Source: an uncultured Rhodospirillaceae bacterium (GTDB taxonomy: Bacteria; Pseudomonadota; Alphaproteobacteria; GCA-2731375). Taken from it: a stretch of DNA of 64,000 bases. The position numbers were made by a program, and so were the translations under genes. The stretch lies in the NCBI GenBank assembly GCA_964590195.1, contig CAZPWJ010000011.1, positions 5,835 to 69,834 on the forward strand. The letters run 5' to 3'. Shown in pieces: positions 38,149 through 47,354 of the stretch (positions are counted from its first letter, which is position 1; each line of letters begins with the position of its first letter). A model generated the notes under the pieces. It saw nothing but the letters and a program-made list of their open reading frames with translations, was not told the origin of the DNA and made no database searches.

Positions 38149-38916
38149 TTATTCCATCCCCAAAAGTTTATAGATCCGGCGGGTGTAGTCGCCGAAAGCT
38201 TCCGTTGTTTTCAGATCCAGGCCGCGCGGATGCGGAAGATCGACGAGAAAGTTGTCGGCCATACGAGCCGGTCCCGCGGTCAGAACCACCACGCGGCTGC
38301 CGAGAAAGACCGCTTCCTGGATGCCATGGGTGACAAAGACAATCGTCTTGCCGCTTTCGCTCCAGATACGCAGCAGTTCCAGGTTCATCTTTTCCCGCGT
38401 CAGGGCATCCAGCGCCCCAAACGGTTCGTCCATCAGGATCAATTTCGGATCATGCACCAGAGCCCGGGCGATGGCGGCGCGCTGCTGCATGCCGCCCGAC
38501 AGCTCGTAAGGATAGCTCTGCTCGAAACCGGTCAGGCCGACCATTTCCAGCAGATGGCCAGCGCGCTCCCGCGCCTCCGCCATGGGCTGGCCAAGAAGTT
38601 CCGCGGGCAACAGAACGTTGTCCATGACCCGGCGCCATTTCAACAACAAGGGCTGTTGAAAGACCATGCCGATATCCTTGGCCGGATCAAAGCTATCCGT
38701 CTTGCTGCCAATCCGCACAGTGCCTTCTTCGTGGGAATGCAGACCGGCGAGAATTTTCAACACCGTGGTCTTGCCGCAGCCGGACGGCCCGACCATGGCC
38801 ACCAGTTCGCCGGCCTCCACATCAAAGGTCACGTCGGAGACGGCAAGGAAATCCTCTTTCCGGCCGCGATAGACCTTGCGCACGCCTTCAAGGCTGATAA
38901 ACGAGGACTGATCCAT
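38149..38916 (-). CDS. ABC transporter ATP-binding protein (NitT/TauT family)
   Basis: Walker A GPSGCGKTT, LSGGMQQRAAIARAL, LMDEPFGALD. Confidence 0.9.
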   Translation of the reverse strand: MDQSSFISLEGVRKVYRGRKEDFLAVSDVTFDVEAGELVAMVGPSGCGKTTVLKILAGLHSHEEGTVRIGSKTDSFDPAKDIGMVFQQPLLLKWRRVMDNVLLPAELLGQPMAEARERAGHLLEMVGLTGFEQSYPYELSGGMQQRAAIARALVHDPKLILMDEPFGALDALTREKMNLELLRIWSESGKTIVFVTHGIQEAVFLGSRVVVLTAGPARMADNFLVDLPHPRGLDLKTTEAFGDYTRRIYKLLGME

Positions 38917-39687
38917 CTATTCCATCCGGGCGTCGGAGACGACCAGCAGGCGCTCCAACAGCAAAACTATGGCGTACAGCGTGACGCCGACGGCGGTGAT
39001 CATCAGCACGGCCATGAACATCCCCGCCGTGTCCAGGGTCACCTGGACCTGCATCATCAGATAGCCCAGGCCTTCCTCGGAGGCGATGAACTCGCCCACG
39101 ATGGCGCCTGCAACCGCCAGCACCACGGCCACCTTCATGCCGGAAAAGATAAACGGCAGGGCGCCGGGCAGCTGGATTTTGGTGAAGATCTGCCAGCGCG
39201 AGGCGCGCAGGGTGCGCACCAGATCGATCAGTTCCGGCTCCACCTCGCCCAGGCCACGGGTCGTGGTAATCAGGATGGGCAGGAAACAGATCGAGAATGC
39301 AATCAGAATGTTCGGGCCCAGGCCATAGGAGAACCAGACAATGAAGATCGGCCCCAGGGCGACTTTCGGGATCATGTTCAGGGACACGATCAAGGGCATC
39401 AGGGCATCGTTCAACCAACGCGACCAGGAAAACAAGACCGCCAAGGTAACGCCCACCACCACAGCTAGCCAAAAGCCGCCAAAGACCGAAGCGGCGGTGA
39501 TCATGGTGTTATGAACCCAGCGGTAATCCTCGAATTCCAGCAACGTTGCAAACGTATCCAGGGGCGCGGGCATGATGTAGGGCTCGACCTCGCCCAGGGT
39601 AATCCAGGCCTGCCAGGCCAGCACGGCCAGCAGGTGCATGACGATGATCAGCACCCACTTGCGCAGTTTTTCCCGGCCGTCATCCAT
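38917..39687 (-). CDS. ABC transporter permease (NitT/TauT family)
   Basis: I started at ATG 39687, immediately after the upstream stop. It is a six-TM permease with an EAA-like loop (DLVRTLRASRWQIFTKIQLPGALP). Confidence 0.85.
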   Translation of the reverse strand: MDDGREKLRKWVLIIVMHLLAVLAWQAWITLGEVEPYIMPAPLDTFATLLEFEDYRWVHNTMITAASVFGGFWLAVVVGVTLAVLFSWSRWLNDALMPLIVSLNMIPKVALGPIFIVWFSYGLGPNILIAFSICFLPILITTTRGLGEVEPELIDLVRTLRASRWQIFTKIQLPGALPFIFSGMKVAVVLAVAGAIVGEFIASEEGLGYLMMQVQVTLDTAGMFMAVLMITAVGVTLYAIVLLLERLLVVSDARME

Positions 39688-39688
39688 G

Positions 39689-40750
39689 CTAGTCGAGCCA
39701 GCGCAGCAGATTGGCGGCCACGAAATCATCGTCGCAGAGGTGGGGATAATCCGCCACGACGCGGTCCAGTTCCTCCGCCTGGCCGGGGCTCATGGCTTCG
39801 TCCGGGTTTAGGCACCAGGTACCCTGCAACAGGCCCTGGCGGCGCAGCACTTCATGGCAGCCGGCGATGCAACCGGCAAAATCATTGACCACATCGAACA
39901 GCACGCCGTTGGCATCGGTGATCTGGCTGTCCAGTTGCAGCAGCTCCGCATCGACGCTGCCGGCGGCCACGGCGGCATGGGCCCTGGCCAAATACTCCAC
40001 CGCCGGTTTGACCCAGACGCTCCAATGTCCCAGCAGGCCGCCGCGAAAGCGGACCACGACGGTCTCGTCGCCCCGTCGTACCGCAAACGGCGTGATCAGA
40101 TCCATCAGGATATGATCATCGTTGCCCGTATACAGACTGACCCGATTCTCGGCCCCCGCCGCGACCACGCCGCGCACCACATCCAGGGTGCGGTAGCGGT
40201 TGAAGGGCGCGACCTTGATGGCGATGACATTGTCGATGGCGGCAAAGCGGCGCCAAAATTCAGCGGACAGCACAATGCCGCCAACGGCAGGCTGTAGATA
40301 AAAGCCAACCAGCGGGATGCGCGCCGCCACGGCCTCGCAATGGGCGATCAAGGCGTCTTCATCGGCGCCCTTATGGGCGGCGAGGCTCAGCAAGCCCGCA
40401 TGATAGCCGAGGCCCAGCGCGGTATCGGCCTCCGCCAGCGCCTGTTCGGTGGAGCCGACCAGGCCGGCGATCATAACGAGGGGCCGATCCGTCCAGGCAG
40501 CGGCTGTTTCCGCCGCCATGCGCAAGACCGGTTCGTACAGGCCCTCGTCACGGATTTCGAACTGTGTCGTATGCACCCCGACCGCCAGTCCGCCCGCGCC
40601 CGCATCCAGGTAATAGCGGGTTAGGGCACGCTGATGGCGTTGATCAAGCTGCCGGTTTTCAGTCAGAGCCAGGGGATGGGCCGGGATGACGACGCCCTGA
40701 CGCAGCTGCATCAGAACCTCCCGTGGCAGTTCCTCACGATGTAAGGCCAT
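39689..40750 (-). CDS. dihydrodipicolinate synthase (DapA-like) family protein
   Basis: 353 aa. VIPAHPLALT...GGLAVGVHTTQF resembles the DHDPS-family TIM-barrel proteins that co-occur with DUF993. Confidence 0.7.
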   Translation of the reverse strand: MALHREELPREVLMQLRQGVVIPAHPLALTENRQLDQRHQRALTRYYLDAGAGGLAVGVHTTQFEIRDEGLYEPVLRMAAETAAAWTDRPLVMIAGLVGSTEQALAEADTALGLGYHAGLLSLAAHKGADEDALIAHCEAVAARIPLVGFYLQPAVGGIVLSAEFWRRFAAIDNVIAIKVAPFNRYRTLDVVRGVVAAGAENRVSLYTGNDDHILMDLITPFAVRRGDETVVVRFRGGLLGHWSVWVKPAVEYLARAHAAVAAGSVDAELLQLDSQITDANGVLFDVVNDFAGCIAGCHEVLRRQGLLQGTWCLNPDEAMSPGQAEELDRVVADYPHLCDDDFVAANLLRWLD

Positions 40751-40765
40751 ATCGTTTTCCTTAAA

Positions 40766-40781
40766 GTAACTGAACGGTTAC
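40766..40781. promoter_or_regulatory. GTAAC-N6-GTTAC inverted repeat between the tetR stop and the DHDPS-like gene (candidate operator)
   Basis: GTAACtgaacgGTTAC extends to AAGTAAC...GTTACTT (40764-40783). It has the same half-sites and spacing as the site at 41471-41486. Confidence 0.4.
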
Positions 40782-41450
40782 TTAGTCTACCTGAGCGGGC
40801 CGGTCAAGGGGCCGCAGATAACCCATTACAACATCAATCACATGCGCCCGCCGCGCCGCCAATTCCTCTGCCGAGGAGAGGTCGCGGTCAATGATTGTCG
40901 AGAGTGTATGGATGTTTGAAAAATAAAAATAGGCCACCGAAGCATTGGTAATAAAGACCTGTACGGGATCGGCATCGGATCGGAATACCCCCGCTGCAAC
41001 ACCTCTATTCAGGACATCGGTAATCAGGCCAATAACCGGGCCATGCATGTCCAAAATTGCCTGGCTGCGGCGCACATGCCGGGCCTGATGCAGGTTTTCA
41101 CTGTTCAGCAGATTGATGAAATAGGGCGCCTTGATAAAATAATCGAAGGTGAAGGCGACCAGCCGCCGCATGCCTTCCTCGGGCGACAAATCATCCAGGT
41201 TCAGTTCCAGCTCGGCACTGCGGATTTCGCTATAGGCAAATTCCAGTACCGCCAGGAACAGATCATCCTTGTTGCCGAAATAATGGTACAGCATACGCTT
41301 GTTGGCGCCGGCCCTTTCCGCGATCTGATCGACACGGGCACCGCCGAGACCTTTTTCGGAAAACTCCGCCAACGCCGCCTGCAGGATTCGCTCCTTGGCC
41401 GCTTGCGGGTCCCGCTTATTCTTGGCGGTCGATGCGTTGACAGAGACCAT
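40782..41450 (-). CDS. TetR/AcrR family transcriptional regulator
   Basis: 222 aa. The N-terminal HTH block ILQAALAEFSEKGLGGARVDQIAERAGANKRMLYHYFGNKDDLF is a classic TetR signature. Confidence 0.9.
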   Translation of the reverse strand: MVSVNASTAKNKRDPQAAKERILQAALAEFSEKGLGGARVDQIAERAGANKRMLYHYFGNKDDLFLAVLEFAYSEIRSAELELNLDDLSPEEGMRRLVAFTFDYFIKAPYFINLLNSENLHQARHVRRSQAILDMHGPVIGLITDVLNRGVAAGVFRSDADPVQVFITNASVAYFYFSNIHTLSTIIDRDLSSAEELAARRAHVIDVVMGYLRPLDRPAQVD

Positions 41451-41470
41451 GCGGTCAACCTATGTTTCCG

Positions 41471-41486
41471 GTAACCAGTTGGTTAC
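41471..41486. promoter_or_regulatory. GTAAC-N6-GTTAC inverted repeat in the tetR / binding-protein divergent promoter region (candidate TetR operator)
   Basis: GTAACCAgtTGGTTAC is a perfect 7-bp inverted repeat. It lies 21 nt upstream of the tetR ATG and 79 nt upstream of the binding-protein ATG. Confidence 0.5.
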
Positions 41487-41564
41487 AAGAGCTATCTAAA
41501 TTTTTCCGGTTTAGCAAGGCGTTGATGCATCCGGATTAAACAAAACGTTTCGGGGAGACTAAAA

Positions 41565-42557
41565 ATGAAATTTACGAAATTCGTCCTCGCGGCCCTCTTC
41601 GGCCTCGTATTGACGGGTGGTTCCGCGCAGGCAGCGGAAAAACTCAGCTTCATTCTGAATTGGGTGGCGGGCGGCGATCACGCTCCGGTTTACTGGGCCA
41701 AGGCCCAGGGCTGGTACGCGGACGCCGGCATTGACCTGACCATCGAGCAGGGCAAGGGCTCCACCCTGTCCTCACAGCGTGTCGGCATTGGCAAGAACCA
41801 GCTTGGCATCGCCGATCTGGGTACCGCTCTAGTCAACAAAGGCAAGGGCGCCGACCTGGTCGCGGTCTTCAACATTTATGCCAACTCACCCTATGGCTTT
41901 TATTGGAAGAAAAGCTCCGGCATCAAGAACATCAAGGATTTCGCCGGCAGGAAAATCGGCAACCCGCCGTGGGATGCGGCGCGTCAAATGTGGCCCGCCT
42001 TTGCCAAGTCCGCCGGCATGGCGCCTGACTCGGTTACCTGGGTGAATGTGAAGCCGAATGCGAAAATCGCGGCGTTGAAATCCGATTCCATCGCCGTCAC
42101 CACCTCATTCTACAACATTCACTTCATCTTCCAGAAAGTGTTCGGCGATGACATGGGCTTCGTTGCCGGCAAGGATCTCGGCGTCAATCCCTACGGCAAT
42201 TCGGTGATCGCCAACGGCAAGTACCTGAAAGAGAACCCCGGCGTGGTGAAAAACTTCGTCAAGGTCACGCAGAAGGCTTACGCGGCCTGCGCCAAGAACG
42301 CAGACCCATGCATCGACGCCCTGCTGGCCGCCAACAGCGGCCTGAAGCGCGGCTCGTCCCTGGCCAACTGGGCCTTGGTGAAGGAGTTGATGGACGCCGA
42401 CAGCTCCCGCAACGGTGCCATCGGCTATTTCGATCCCGCCCGCATGGACGCGGATTACAAATTGATCGAGGCCTATTTCAAGCTGAAAGCGCCTTTCGAT
42501 ATCAAAAAGACCTACCGCAATGACTTCCTGGATATGTCCGTGAAGTTCGGCGGCTAA
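41565..42557 (+). CDS. ABC transporter substrate-binding protein (NMT1/THI5-like, NitT/TauT family)
   Basis: 330 aa. Signal peptide ending AQA, then LSFILNWVAGGDHAPVYWAKAQGWY, typical of NMT1-like binding proteins. Confidence 0.85.
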   Translation: MKFTKFVLAALFGLVLTGGSAQAAEKLSFILNWVAGGDHAPVYWAKAQGWYADAGIDLTIEQGKGSTLSSQRVGIGKNQLGIADLGTALVNKGKGADLVAVFNIYANSPYGFYWKKSSGIKNIKDFAGRKIGNPPWDAARQMWPAFAKSAGMAPDSVTWVNVKPNAKIAALKSDSIAVTTSFYNIHFIFQKVFGDDMGFVAGKDLGVNPYGNSVIANGKYLKENPGVVKNFVKVTQKAYAACAKNADPCIDALLAANSGLKRGSSLANWALVKELMDADSSRNGAIGYFDPARMDADYKLIEAYFKLKAPFDIKKTYRNDFLDMSVKFGG

Positions 42558-42574
42558 GGCACCGCGAAACTAAG

Positions 42575-42610
42575 ACCGCACCCGGCAACGCGCCCGGGTG
42601 CGGTTTTTTT
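42575..42610 (+). terminator. rho-independent terminator (probably bidirectional)
   Basis: ACCGCACCCGG (42575-42585) pairs perfectly with CCGGGTGCGGT (42594-42604) and is followed by a run of T to 42610. It sits between convergent genes. Confidence 0.8.
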
Positions 42611-42615
42611 CTTGC

Positions 42616-43464
42616 CTATCCCAGTTCCGGCCCGGCAATCAGAAAGACCCGCGATGGGTCGTCGATAGGTGTATCGGTACCCAACAGCATGCGCATATAG
42701 CCGCGCTGTTTGGAAAAACCAGCCTCCGCCAGCCACGCCGCCAAACCCTTATGATGATCGGCGGCATCGAGGAAAACCGGCCCCGCATGGTTCGCCAAGG
42801 CGGCCTGTAACAAATCCAGCGCATCCGCCTCGCTCTCGGCCGATAAGGGTCCGATCTGAGTCGCCTGGCGGCCGTCACGGGCCAGAACAAATCCCTGCAA
42901 AGCGCCAGCATGCTCCAGCACATAGGCGCGTTCAGGGCAGCGTCCATGCAGATGCGCCAACAGGCCGGCGCGTCGGACGCCGAAGATCCCTTCGTCCCAA
43001 GCCGCCACCGCGTCCAGATCCTCGGCCAGCATGGGCCGCACGCCATCGGGAACAGCCACATCGGGGCTATCGGCCTGCCAGCGGGTCAGGGAATAGATGT
43101 CCTGAAAACCCAAGGGCAGATAGACCTTGCGCCCGGCCTCGGTGGCATCAAGGCCGGCGACCAAATTCAGGGCCTCGGCGCGGGCGATACAGCGGCGCAT
43201 TAGTTGACTGGCCAAGCCTTTCCGTTGCCAATCCGCCGTTACTAAAATCATGGCGATCCAACCGAACCGGTCGCCGTAAGGCAGCAGCATGGAACTGGCC
43301 ACCAGTTCCTCTTCCCGGACCCCGGTGCCCTCGCCCAGTTCCAGCATGAAGCGCCAATCGGCGGCGTTCTGGTTCCAGCCCGCCTCGACATTCAGGGCCA
43401 CGGCCTCGTCCGCCTCGGCGGCGGTGAGGTCGCGCCAGATCAGATTTTCAATAGTTGCCATCAC
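42616..43464 (-). CDS. GNAT family N-acetyltransferase
   Basis: 282 aa. It has an acetyl-CoA loop-like block WQRKGLASQLMRRCI. Confidence 0.7.
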   Translation of the reverse strand: MMATIENLIWRDLTAAEADEAVALNVEAGWNQNAADWRFMLELGEGTGVREEELVASSMLLPYGDRFGWIAMILVTADWQRKGLASQLMRRCIARAEALNLVAGLDATEAGRKVYLPLGFQDIYSLTRWQADSPDVAVPDGVRPMLAEDLDAVAAWDEGIFGVRRAGLLAHLHGRCPERAYVLEHAGALQGFVLARDGRQATQIGPLSAESEADALDLLQAALANHAGPVFLDAADHHKGLAAWLAEAGFSKQRGYMRMLLGTDTPIDDPSRVFLIAGPELG

Positions 43465-44494
43465 GCACTTCGAAATGAGTGGGTTTGCCCAGGCTGCCGC
43501 CGTCCCTCGCCACCCAGTCGGCGACCCAGTCGACCATGCTGTGCAATGACACCATGGGATAGCCGAACAGTTTTTCGGCCCGCGCCGTGTTGATCAACCA
43601 GGCTTCCTGTGCCGGCTCCCCCGTCAGTTTGACCTCCAGGCCAAAGCGTTTGCCGAATTCCCGCGCCAACCAGTCGATGGCGACCACTTCCGGCCCGGTT
43701 ACATTCAGGGGGCTGGGCGGCGTGGTGCAATGGTGCAGGGCACGCAGCACCTGGGCATTGGCATCACCCTGCCAAATGACGTTGGCGTGTCCCATGGTCA
43801 GATCAATTTCCGCGCCCGACCAGACCTTTGCCGCGACGTCGTAGAGCACGCCGTAACGCATGTCGATGGCATAGCTGAGGCGGATGCTGCGGCCCGGCGT
43901 GTCATGCTGGCTGGAGAAGTACTCGAACATCCGCTCCCGGCCCACGCAGGAATTGGCGTAATCCCCCGGCGGCGGCGTGGCCGCCATGTCCTCGTCGGCG
44001 CCTTGGGAATGGATGGAGACGAAGGGGTATACGCAGGCGGTCGAAAAGCTGACGATCCGCGAATTGCAAAAGCGCTCCGCAACGATGGCCGGAACATGCA
44101 CGTTCATGGCCCAGGTCAGCTCCTCCGCCCCGGCGGAACCGAACTTGCGCCCGGCCATGAAGACGATGTTGGCGATGTCAGGCAAGGCGGCAACCGCGTC
44201 CCGGTCCAGCAGATCACAGGTGATGGTTTCGATGCCATGGCCTTGCAGATCCTCGGCCACCCCGGCCTCGGAAAATCTGGCGACGCCAATGATGCGCTTA
44301 TCGGGCGCTGCGCGTTTGGCCAGGCGGGCCAACGTAGGCCCCATCTTGCCGCCAACACCCAGCACCATGATGTCGCCATCCAGGGCCGCCATGTCGTCGA
44401 TCAGGGCCTGGGACGGCCGGGTCATGAATTCTTCCAATGCATCCGCATTGGCAAAGCCGGTGGGGAAGTCCGCGGGTTTCAGTATGTCGTTCAT
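43448..44494 (-). CDS. NAD-dependent epimerase/dehydratase family protein
   Basis: 348 aa. Rossmann block VLGVGGKMG and an extended SDR layout. It overlaps the downstream GNAT gene by 17 nt. Confidence 0.75.
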   Translation of the reverse strand: MNDILKPADFPTGFANADALEEFMTRPSQALIDDMAALDGDIMVLGVGGKMGPTLARLAKRAAPDKRIIGVARFSEAGVAEDLQGHGIETITCDLLDRDAVAALPDIANIVFMAGRKFGSAGAEELTWAMNVHVPAIVAERFCNSRIVSFSTACVYPFVSIHSQGADEDMAATPPPGDYANSCVGRERMFEYFSSQHDTPGRSIRLSYAIDMRYGVLYDVAAKVWSGAEIDLTMGHANVIWQGDANAQVLRALHHCTTPPSPLNVTGPEVVAIDWLAREFGKRFGLEVKLTGEPAQEAWLINTARAEKLFGYPMVSLHSMVDWVADWVARDGGSLGKPTHFEVRDGNY

Positions 44495-44566
44495 TTATTC
44501 CATCTTGCGTTCATGCTCGGGCGCTTGGACAATAGCCGCAACAGGGCATAGCCGGGAAGAGATGAA

Positions 44567-45610
44567 ATGCGTGCAGCTATATTCGAGGCGCCGGGCCAAC
44601 CTTTGCTCATTGGCGAGGTCGAGACGCCCAAACCGCTACCAACCGATCTGTTGGTCAAGGTCAAGAATTGCGGCATCTGCGGCACTGACCTGCATCTCTC
44701 CGCCGTGACCGACCGCTCGGGCGGCATGGCGCCGCTGGATACGGGCGCCATTATGGGCCACGAATTTTGCGGCGAGGTGGTCGAAGTCGGCGCCCAGGCG
44801 CCCGGCGGCTGGCACGAAGGCGACCGTATCTGCGCCCTGCCCTACATCGCCTGCGGTCACTGCCTGGAATGCCTGGACGGACGCGGCCACCGCTGCCGCG
44901 ACGCCATCTTCGGCGGTCTGGGACAGCTTGGCGGCGCCTATGCGGACTATGTCCGGGTCGGCGGCGCGGAAGCACTTGCCCTGCCCAGCGGCGTTGACTA
45001 TCAGGCCGGCGCCCTGGTGGAACCGCTATCGGTGGGTCTGCATGCGGTACGCGCGGCACAACTGAGTCCGGGAGACGCCGTATTGATTGTCGGGGCCGGG
45101 CCCATTGGTTTGGCGGTGGCGCTGTGGTGCAGATTCTTTGGTGCCCGACATGTGGTGATCTCGGATCTGCTGGCGGGCCGACTGGACAAGGCCGCCGCCA
45201 TGGGCGCGACCGACGGCATTGATGCCAGCAGCGAAAATGTCATTGGCCGCTACAAGCAGATCGCCGGCAACCGTCCCGACGTGGTGTTCGATTGCGTCGG
45301 CGTGCCGGGCAGCCAGCAACTGGCGATGGACTATGCGCCCATGAACGGACGTCTGGTGGTGGCTGGCGTCTGCATGCGGCCCGACAACATCATGCCGGTC
45401 AAGGCCATCACCAAGGAACTCAACGTGCGCTACGTCTATATGTACGAGCGGCGGGATTTCGAACTGGCCCTGGAGATGCTGGACCGGGGCCGCATCGACG
45501 CTGGCGCCATGGTCACCGACGTAGTCGGCTTCGATGCGTTTTCCGCCGCCTTCGAAGATCTGAAAACGCCCTCCCATCAATGCAAGATCCTGCTCGACCC
45601 TGATGCTTAG
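44567..45610 (+). CDS. zinc-dependent alcohol dehydrogenase (MDR family)
   Basis: 347 aa. Catalytic Zn block CGICGTDLH, structural Zn Cys cluster CGHCLECLDGRGHRC, and cofactor loop GAGPIG. Confidence 0.9.
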   Translation: MRAAIFEAPGQPLLIGEVETPKPLPTDLLVKVKNCGICGTDLHLSAVTDRSGGMAPLDTGAIMGHEFCGEVVEVGAQAPGGWHEGDRICALPYIACGHCLECLDGRGHRCRDAIFGGLGQLGGAYADYVRVGGAEALALPSGVDYQAGALVEPLSVGLHAVRAAQLSPGDAVLIVGAGPIGLAVALWCRFFGARHVVISDLLAGRLDKAAAMGATDGIDASSENVIGRYKQIAGNRPDVVFDCVGVPGSQQLAMDYAPMNGRLVVAGVCMRPDNIMPVKAITKELNVRYVYMYERRDFELALEMLDRGRIDAGAMVTDVVGFDAFSAAFEDLKTPSHQCKILLDPDA

Positions 45611-47303
45611 GGCACTTTTGGCGCTTGCTCTGACGGCATTCCTGGCTGCTTGCGATGAACCACCCGAGCAAGCCGCGGTAAAAGGCTCCGCCGAGCTGAA
45701 GGCGCACGGCAAGCTCTTCACCAAGGAGGTCCTGACCCCCCTGCCCGGCGTCCATGTGGCGGTCGGTTACGGCCTGGCCAACGTCATCATGATCGAGGGC
45801 GACGACGGCGTCATTATTGTCGACACCCTGGAAAGCCGCAGCCGCGCGGCGGAGGCCCTGGCGGCTTTGCGCAAGGTCAGCGCCAAACCGGTCCAGGCGA
45901 TCATCCTGACCCATAACCATGCCGACCACATCTATGGCGCCCAGGTTTTCGCCGGCGGCAGGGACATACCCGTATATGCCCACAACAGCACCTCGGCCCA
46001 TATCGACCGCATCATCAATGTTCTGGTCAATACCATCTACCGCCGCAGCATGGCCATGTTCGGGCAGCTGCTGCCCGAGGGCCAGGTGTTGAACGCCGGC
46101 ATCGGCCCCGATCTGAAAACGGTCACGCAAGAGCTTGCCCTGCTGCGGCCCACAAAGACCTTCGATAAACGTCTCGACGCCACCATTGCCGGCGTGAAAC
46201 TGCAACTGCGTCATGCGCCGGGCGAGACCGACGACCAATTGCTGGTCTGGCTGCCGGAACGGAAGATCCTGCTGCCCGGCGACAACATCTACCAGACCTT
46301 TCCCAATCTCTACACCATTCGCGGCACCAGGCACCGGGACATCACGCAATGGGTTCGCAGCCTGGACATGATGCGTGACCTGGGCGCGGAGGCCTTGATC
46401 CCATCGCACACCCGCCCCCTGGTGGGCCGGGAGCGAATAGCGGAAACCCTGACCGCCTACCGGGACGCCATGCAGTACGTACTTGATCAGACCGTGCGCG
46501 GCATGAACCTTGGAATGGGGCCGGAGGAATTGGTCGATTTCGTCCATCTGCCGAAGCACCTGGCCAAACACCCCTGGCTGGTGGAACATTACGGCACGGT
46601 GCGCTGGTCCGTTCGCGCCGTCTTCAACGGCTATCTGGGCTGGTTCAGCGGCGATGCGGTCGATTTGGACCCTTTGCCGCCAGGGCAGCGTGCCCAACGC
46701 CTGCAAGCGGCCTTCGCCGACGGCAAGCCGCTGGCCGATCAGGCCCGGGCGGCCCTGGCCTCGGGGGATTATCAATGGGCCAGCGAACTGGCCCGTCATT
46801 GGCTGCGGATCGAGCCAAAATCAGAGGCCGCGCGCGAAACCATGGCGGCGGCCCTGACGGCCATGGCGGAAGGCAGCGGCAATCCCAATGCCCGCAGCTG
46901 GTATCTGACCCAGGCCCAGGAGCTGCGCGGCACCCTGGTCATCGGCAAGCCCGATCCGTCACTGCTGCCGGCCGATATGCTCGACAGTCTACCCATTGGC
47001 CCCTTCATGGCGGGCATGTCGACACGGCTGAAGGCGGAGGATGCCTTGCAGACGGACCTGCTGGCCCGTTTTGAATTCACCGACGAGGACCGGATATTCT
47101 CGATGCATATCCGCCGGGGCGTCGCCGCGCTTCGCGAAGTCGCCGTGCCTGACCCCGATATTCATATCCGGACCACGGCACGCACCTGGAAACGCATCGT
47201 CACCAAACAGCGCAATCCGGCCCTGGCCTATGCCAGCGACGAATTGGCGGTAACCGGCGGCGTCGTCAACGTGGCGAAATTTCTCACCCTGTTCGAACGC
47301 TGA
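45603..47303 (+). CDS. alkyl/aryl-sulfatase, MBL-fold type III (SdsA1/Pisa1-like), predicted lipoprotein
   Basis: Lipobox LAAC near the N-terminus, MBL motif THNHADH, and a C-terminal SCP2-like tail (ELAVTGGVVNVAKFLTLFE). The start overlaps the ADH stop (ATGCTTAG). Confidence 0.8.
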   Translation: MLRALLALALTAFLAACDEPPEQAAVKGSAELKAHGKLFTKEVLTPLPGVHVAVGYGLANVIMIEGDDGVIIVDTLESRSRAAEALAALRKVSAKPVQAIILTHNHADHIYGAQVFAGGRDIPVYAHNSTSAHIDRIINVLVNTIYRRSMAMFGQLLPEGQVLNAGIGPDLKTVTQELALLRPTKTFDKRLDATIAGVKLQLRHAPGETDDQLLVWLPERKILLPGDNIYQTFPNLYTIRGTRHRDITQWVRSLDMMRDLGAEALIPSHTRPLVGRERIAETLTAYRDAMQYVLDQTVRGMNLGMGPEELVDFVHLPKHLAKHPWLVEHYGTVRWSVRAVFNGYLGWFSGDAVDLDPLPPGQRAQRLQAAFADGKPLADQARAALASGDYQWASELARHWLRIEPKSEAARETMAAALTAMAEGSGNPNARSWYLTQAQELRGTLVIGKPDPSLLPADMLDSLPIGPFMAGMSTRLKAEDALQTDLLARFEFTDEDRIFSMHIRRGVAALREVAVPDPDIHIRTTARTWKRIVTKQRNPALAYASDELAVTGGVVNVAKFLTLFER

Positions 47304-47354
47304 AGGGTAGTGCTAGTCTCCGCGACAGATTCCGAAACATAGGTAGATATCAAA

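Noticed and set aside
36983-39468. Two long plus-strand ORFs (36983-38173, 396 aa; 38230-39468, 412 aa)
   Set aside because: They are antisense to the Gfo/Idh/MocA, ABC ATPase and permease genes, which carry Walker and signature motifs. The translations are His/Gln/Gly/Asp-rich with no recognisable domain.
45513-46799. 428-aa minus-strand ORF
   Set aside because: It is antisense to the alkyl-sulfatase gene, which has clear HNHADH and SCP2-like motifs. It shows no motifs of its own and has the composition of a GC-rich shadow frame.
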